Assembly: GCA_965112735.1 (NCBI GenBank)
Contig: OZ218958.1
Location: forward strand, 2,666,001 to 2,730,000
Source: Phaeosaccion multiseriatum
Lineage: Eukaryota; Protista; Ochrophyta, other classes
Length of the DNA stretch: 64,000 nt
Direction of reading: 5' to 3'
Both the position numbers and the translations under genes were made by a program. The first letter of the stretch is position 1; every line of letters begins with the position of its first letter. This document shows positions 58,942 to 64,000 of the stretch, in pieces. The notes under the pieces were generated by a model. The model did not search any database and was not told the origin of the DNA. It saw only the letters and a list, made by a program, of their open reading frames with translations.

Positions 58942-61900
58942 GGTGTGAGGGGAAGTGTAGGGCGCGGGGAGAGAGGGGACTTGAGAAACGAGATGCTCAT
59001 ATGATGCCCATATGTAATGCGAATCATACCATACTAATATTGTTGCCCCTGTGCCGTACCTGACGATTCTTCTCAAAGGCAAGCTGATATGCCGTAGGGC
59101 CCTCCTTGGTGAGCGCCAAGATATCCACGTCCTCATGTGCGCTTATAAAGTTGGAGGCAAGCTCAAAGATAAAGGCGAGCCGACGAAAGATGTAAGGCTC
59201 CACGATGGACCCAATCAGAGGTAGGCGCCGCAGAGTAACGGCGGTGGTGGTGGGAAGGGTGAAGGACTCGGCGAGCTTGTTCCACTCGTCGAGCTCTTCT
59301 TCTTCGACGTCAAGCTGAGCGTCAACGTTCTCTTTGAGCACACGGAGGCCCGTGCTGGTGAGCCAGCCCTTTTGGTACCGCTCCTGTTGTCGTTGTTGTG
59401 TTGTTGTGATGGTGTGGTGATGATGGCGTCGTGGTGGTGGTGGTGGTGATGTGATTGTGTTGCGTCGTCAGTTGTGAGATTGTGACCATCGCTATCCAAC
59501 ACTTTTACCCCTCACATCCTCCTCCCTCAAATAGGACCGACGACGCTTTCCCGCAGCGTCTCCACCCAAGCAACCCACTCAACCAACCACGCAAGTACCA
59601 ACCAAGGTGCGCCAACCACCCAACCAATCAAACCATCAACCAACCAACCAACCAATCAGCCCGACCAACCCGACCCACCCAGCCACCCAACCCACCCACC
59701 CACCCAACCAAACCATCAACCAACCAACCAACCAATCAGCCCGACCAACCCGACCCACCCAACCACCCAACCCACCCAACCAACCAACCAAACCATCAAC
59801 CAACCAACCAACCAATCAACCAACCAAACAATCAACCAACCAACCCGTCCAACCAAATCAAACCATCAACCAACCAACCAACCAATCAACCCGACCAACC
59901 CGACCCACCCAACCCACCCACCCACCACCCAACCAATCCAGTCAACCTAGCCAACCTAGCCAACCCAGCCACCCACCAACCTGATAGTTGGCCTTGACCG
60001 CGGTGAGGAACCTCACTCTGCTCTCTGCAATGGCCATGTGCTCCTCCTGCGCGTAACTGTCAAGATCATCGTCGTCCATATCCACCACTCCGTTGCCAAA
60101 CTCACCCTCCTCGCCCTCCTCCTCCTCTTCACCCCCTGTGTCGTCGCCCCCCACGGGCACTTCATCATCCATGTCTCCTATACGTCGCCCGCCCCCGAAC
60201 TCTCCAACGAGGGATCGGCCCCCTGCACCCCCCGGTGTGGCCCCATTGGCAGGGTTCTCCCCCCCGGGGTCGTCATCATCCCCCAAGTAGTGCAAAAAGC
60301 CCCCTCCCCCGCCCCCCCCCCCCCCTCCTCCTCCTCCTCCTCCTCCTCCAGCTTCGTCATTCTTCCACTCATCCAAGTGCCTCTTTCGCAGCTCCGACAC
60401 GCTGAGCCTTCCTCCCCCCCCTGCCCCGCCCCATTTCCCTGGTTCTTCCCCTCCTCCTCCTGTATCACCAACTGCTCCGGCTGCTCGTCCGCCCCAAGAC
60501 CCCTCCGCCAGTGTCGATACACTGTCTCTGCTGTCCTGCTGCCCCTCTCCCCCTGCCCCTGCGCCTCCCTCCCCACCTCCCCCTCCTGCCGCAGCGGACG
60601 AAGTAGTGGCTGTGCTGCTACTGCTGATCTGACTGAGGCGGCGCCTGGAGCTTCCTCTAAGGTTGTGCCTCGACACTCCGAGGGCGTCGAGGCGCTTGTT
60701 CACACTCTTGTTTGTCTTTTGATGCAGAGTCACGTTGTGCAGCTGATGGAAAAGACATGAGAAGTAAGGGGACGGAAAAGGGACAGGATTTAACGGAAGA
60801 CAAGGGAGAAAAGAGCAGGAAGAAGGGAGAGCAAAAGAAGGAAGAGAGGAGAGCAGAGAAGAAAGACGAGGGAGGAGAGAGGAAAGGACGGGACGGAGAG
60901 AGGGGGGCAAAGCAACGAGACGACGTGTTCGAGTAGAGGGAATGGGGTTTTATCAGCTCTAAGGAGATAAAACCCGTCCCTCGCCACGTTTCCATCTACC
61001 GCACGCACCCCCTCACCCACCCACCCACGCACCCACGCACCATCCCAACCATCACACACACGCACACACCCACACACACACACGCACGCACGCACGCACG
61101 CACGTACGCACTCACTCACCTGTTCATCGTTGTCCTCCTGCGTGGCCGTGGCTCTCTCAATATCTCGGATGGTGGCTTTGAGGGCCTGTTCTGTCTTCTG
61201 AAGCTCTCCGATGGCCGCCGCCCTCTGCTTGGCCAAGGCGCTAATCTTGTCGGAAATCTCCTCCAGGCTCTCCCTCCTCCCCCCCCCTTCCAGCCCCTGC
61301 CCCTCTCCACCACCACCACCACCCCCAACAACACCAGCACCTCCTCCTCCTCCTCCTCCTCCTCCTCCTCCTCCTCCTCCTCCTCCTCCTCCTCCTTCTT
61401 CTTGCTCGTAATGCACGCTGTTTCTGTGCTTCTGGTGACCATTGCTGTCTCCCTTCGCCTCTCCCTCCTGTCCATGCCCTTGCCCCTGTGGCCCCAGGGA
61501 GGCCCGCCTCGCCGCCGCAAACTTGCCCAGTTGCTCCGTGGATAAGTGGCTCACATCAAGGTCCCACCCACTCCTCTTCTGCACCCAGCCACCCTCTGCT
61601 ACTACTCCTTCCTGCTCGTGTTGGTGATGCGACATGTCGCCAGAGCTGCCCCCGGAGGGCGTGAGCGGCATCATGTGACCCCACTCCCCGTCCTCCTCCA
61701 CGTGATCGTCCACCTCTGGGTGGGTGGTGGTTCGGAAGGAAGCAGTTGCCGACACCGCCGCAGCAGCTGCAGCAGTAGCAGCAGATTCCTCGTTCGGCCC
61801 TCCCCCTCCCCCTCCTGCTGCTGCTGCTCCTCCCCCTCCTCCTCCTCCTCCTCCTCCTCTTTGGCTTGAGTCGGTGGAGCGAGGAGAGTCGAAGAGTTTC

Positions 61901-63867
61901 GAGTTGCCGCGGCCTCCCGTCCTCCACTCCTCTGACTCCGCAGGATCCGCAGGAGGGAGAGTCGTCACCTTGACCAGCGGCAGCATATCCGCGTGTCCTG
62001 CGTCTCCTTCTCCTCCTGCTCCTCCTCCTTCTCCTCCTCCTCCTCCTCCTTCTCCTCCTCCACCTCCTCCTCCTCCTCCTCCTCTCAAACGCAGACCCGC
62101 ATCGAGCGCGGACATATCCACAACCCGCACGCCGCCGTTGGCATCATCCTCCTTCCCCTCCTCCTGCTCCTTCACCTCCTCCTCCTCATCATTATCATCA
62201 TCATCGTCGTCGTCGCCAGAAATCGAGTAGAGCAGACGGCGCGCGCTGCCGGCCATGCCCTGCGTGTTGAGTCTCTTGAGGTTTCCCCCTACCGATGCCG
62301 CACTGGCGGAGCTGTTGTCGAGCTCGTACCACGCGTCCGCAGAGAGAGACATTTGCGGGGAAGAGTGGAGGTGCTGCTGCTCGAGAGTGGCCTTCCTCTG
62401 TATATGGGTGCACGCACGCACACACGCACACACACAGAGAGGCATATATGCACACGCACAGAGAGAGAGAGAGAAAGAGAAAGAGAGAGGGAGGGAGACG
62501 CACACATGCGGACGTAATGGGATGGGATGAAGTCACAACGCAGAAACCAATTAGCAGCGTCGCACATTGGCACGCGTGTATACAAGGGAACGGCCCCCGA
62601 ACCTTTCACCATCATCCTGCCTGCCTACGAGCTGATGTTCTGCTTCCTCCTCAAAACTGAAACTCAAACCCACCTTGCTGCTATCCCCTCCTCCCACGTA
62701 GAAGGCTCTGTGATACTTGTACCATGTGGCTCTGAGGCGCGGAGGGAGGTGACACAGGCTATCCTCTCTGCCCTTAGTGGTCCAGCAAGAGCGGCACCAT
62801 TGCGACACTGAGTTGCTCAGCATCGCACAGAATTGGACGAAGGGAACCTGTGAAGGAGAGAGGGGAAGAGGGGAGAGAGAGATGGGAGGGGGGGGGTGGA
62901 GAGGGAGGGAGAGTAGAAGGGGGAGGGAGGGAGAGTACGGGGGGAAAGGGAGGGAGAGAGTGAGGAGGGGAGCAGGGAGAGCGAGAGAGGGAGGGGGGAT
63001 GGAGGGAGAGAGTGAAGAGGGGGCATGGACGGAGGGAGAGAGGGAGGGAGAGAGAGAAAGAGGAGGGTAGGGAGGGAGAGCGAGAGAGAGGGGGAGGGGG
63101 AAGGGTTGGAGTAGGGGGGGTACCCAGTGAGTGAGGTGATCGGGGGGGGGGCACGATGCGAGGCGTCATGTCATAGAAATCTTAATTGAGGTCTGCTCCC
63201 CCCCACTGGTACCGCACCCTCCCACACACACACGGACACACACGGACACACACACACGCACACAAGCACACACGCACACACACGTACGCACACATGCACA
63301 CAAACACACACACACACACACCCTCCCCCCCTTGCCCTCCTTACTTGGAGCACACTGGGCCTCATTGCGCCGTCATCGTTCGAGAGGCTCGCCTCCCAAG
63401 AGTAGCTCGCGTCGGCGATGGAGGTACCGTATTCGGCTGTGCATTCACAAATGGCAAGTAGGCAAGGTAGGCAAAGAGGCACCATGGGCGGTAGGCAGTC
63501 TTGAGTTTAGTTTGAGTTTGAGTGCGATATACAAGACCTCTTCTCTCCCCGCTCCTCCTGTACCCTATACCCCCCCCCCCACCCCTAATTCGTTTCTCCA
63601 GGTACCCTTTCCCCTCCCCCCTGCCCGCTCTCACCCGCTCTCTCCCGCTCCTGAATAAGCTCCTCCTCCTCTTGCGTGAGCAGGATGGAGCCGTGCCGGA
63701 TGCGGTGCCAGTATGTCTTGGCCGTGAGCACGGGTAAGTAGCGCCACACCATCTCCCAGTCTGCATCTCCGAGGAATCGATCGCCTTTCAGCATGTCCAC
63801 CTGAGAGTGGTATTGGCCGTGGGATGGCAGCCAGTGGTAGTGGTAGTGGTAGTGGTGGTGATGGTGG

Positions 63868-63934
<67 letters not shown>

Positions 63935-64000
63935 GGTGGTGGTGGTGGTGGGGATAAATGAAGAAAAGAACAGTGCATGCATTCGTCGTGTGTGTGTCAC
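53072..64000 (-). CDS. SOS1: 3' (cytosolic) portion of an SOS1/SLC9C-type Na+/H+ antiporter with cyclic-nucleotide-binding-like domain; 5' end lies beyond the window
   Basis: DRFLGDADWEMVWRYLP, ESRVRFLTAVKANY, FPELARSVKT, HGYINEREY, LLKDVPFFSYL, GWFVVCRGSV, GTVFGMDDQLLDKPY are typical of the SOS1 C-terminal tail. TM domain not in the window; stop position uncertain. Confidence 0.75.
57140..57265. repeat. 49-bp tandem repeat, about 2.5 copies, intronic
   Basis: TCGAATGGG recurs at 57144, 57193 and 57242. Confidence 0.9.
59570..59980. repeat. (CCAA/CCCA)n tract with higher-order repeat structure, intronic
   Basis: Directly visible; blocks such as aaccatcaaccaaccaaccaaccaatca recur. Confidence 0.9.

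Larger units (their letters stand above)
15316..60476. repeat. Dispersed 18-bp motif AGCAGTTGGTGATACAGC (span given is first to last copy)
   Basis: Exact copies at 15316, 15700, 23351, 31059, 42927, 45160, 58371; near copies at 17281, 31661 (12-bp core), 53163, 53812, 56523, 60459. Confidence 0.9.

Noticed and set aside
1-64000. tRNA, rRNA, autonomous transposase or reverse transcriptase genes
   Set aside because: None recognised by eye; tRNAscan-SE, Infernal/Rfam and a repeat-protein search would be needed to exclude them.

Overview
Eukaryotic nuclear DNA, GC-rich, gene-dense, with GT-AG introns full of microsatellites. Bipartite plastid-targeting leaders (PrmA, Mbb1-like), an ISIP1 homolog and an axonemal dynein light chain point to a photosynthetic stramenopile (ochrophyte) with a flagellated stage; the exact taxon cannot be determined. 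I can assemble about 16 protein genes by hand from splice sites and reading phase: a gene cut by the left edge, a secreted GPI-type orphan, a mitochondrial membrane orphan, SPCS1, a Got1 homolog with a long signal-peptide extension, an LRAT/NC-domain protein, dynein light chain p28, a giant C2/EF-hand/coiled-coil protein, SDHD, an Mbb1/HCF107-like HAT protein, a BAR-(F-box)-TBC RabGAP, ISIP1, an orphan, plastid PrmA, an LRR-coiled coil-kinase-RING/RBR gene, and the 3' part of an SOS1-type Na+/H+ antiporter. There is also a frameshifted GCPW ankyrin-like pseudogene. Two things stand out. (1) An intracellular LRR / non-RD kinase / RBR-ligase gene whose LRRs are single 72-nt exons duplicated together with their introns and variable at exposed residues, with an inverted-repeat-bounded repeat element just upstream; this is a candidate immune-sensor system. 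(2) An 18-bp word, AGCAGTTGGTGATACAGC, present as 7 exact and several near-exact copies across unrelated genes, in exons in different reading frames and near intron 3' ends, with a position-dependent orientation. All gene models are manual and unverified by transcript data.
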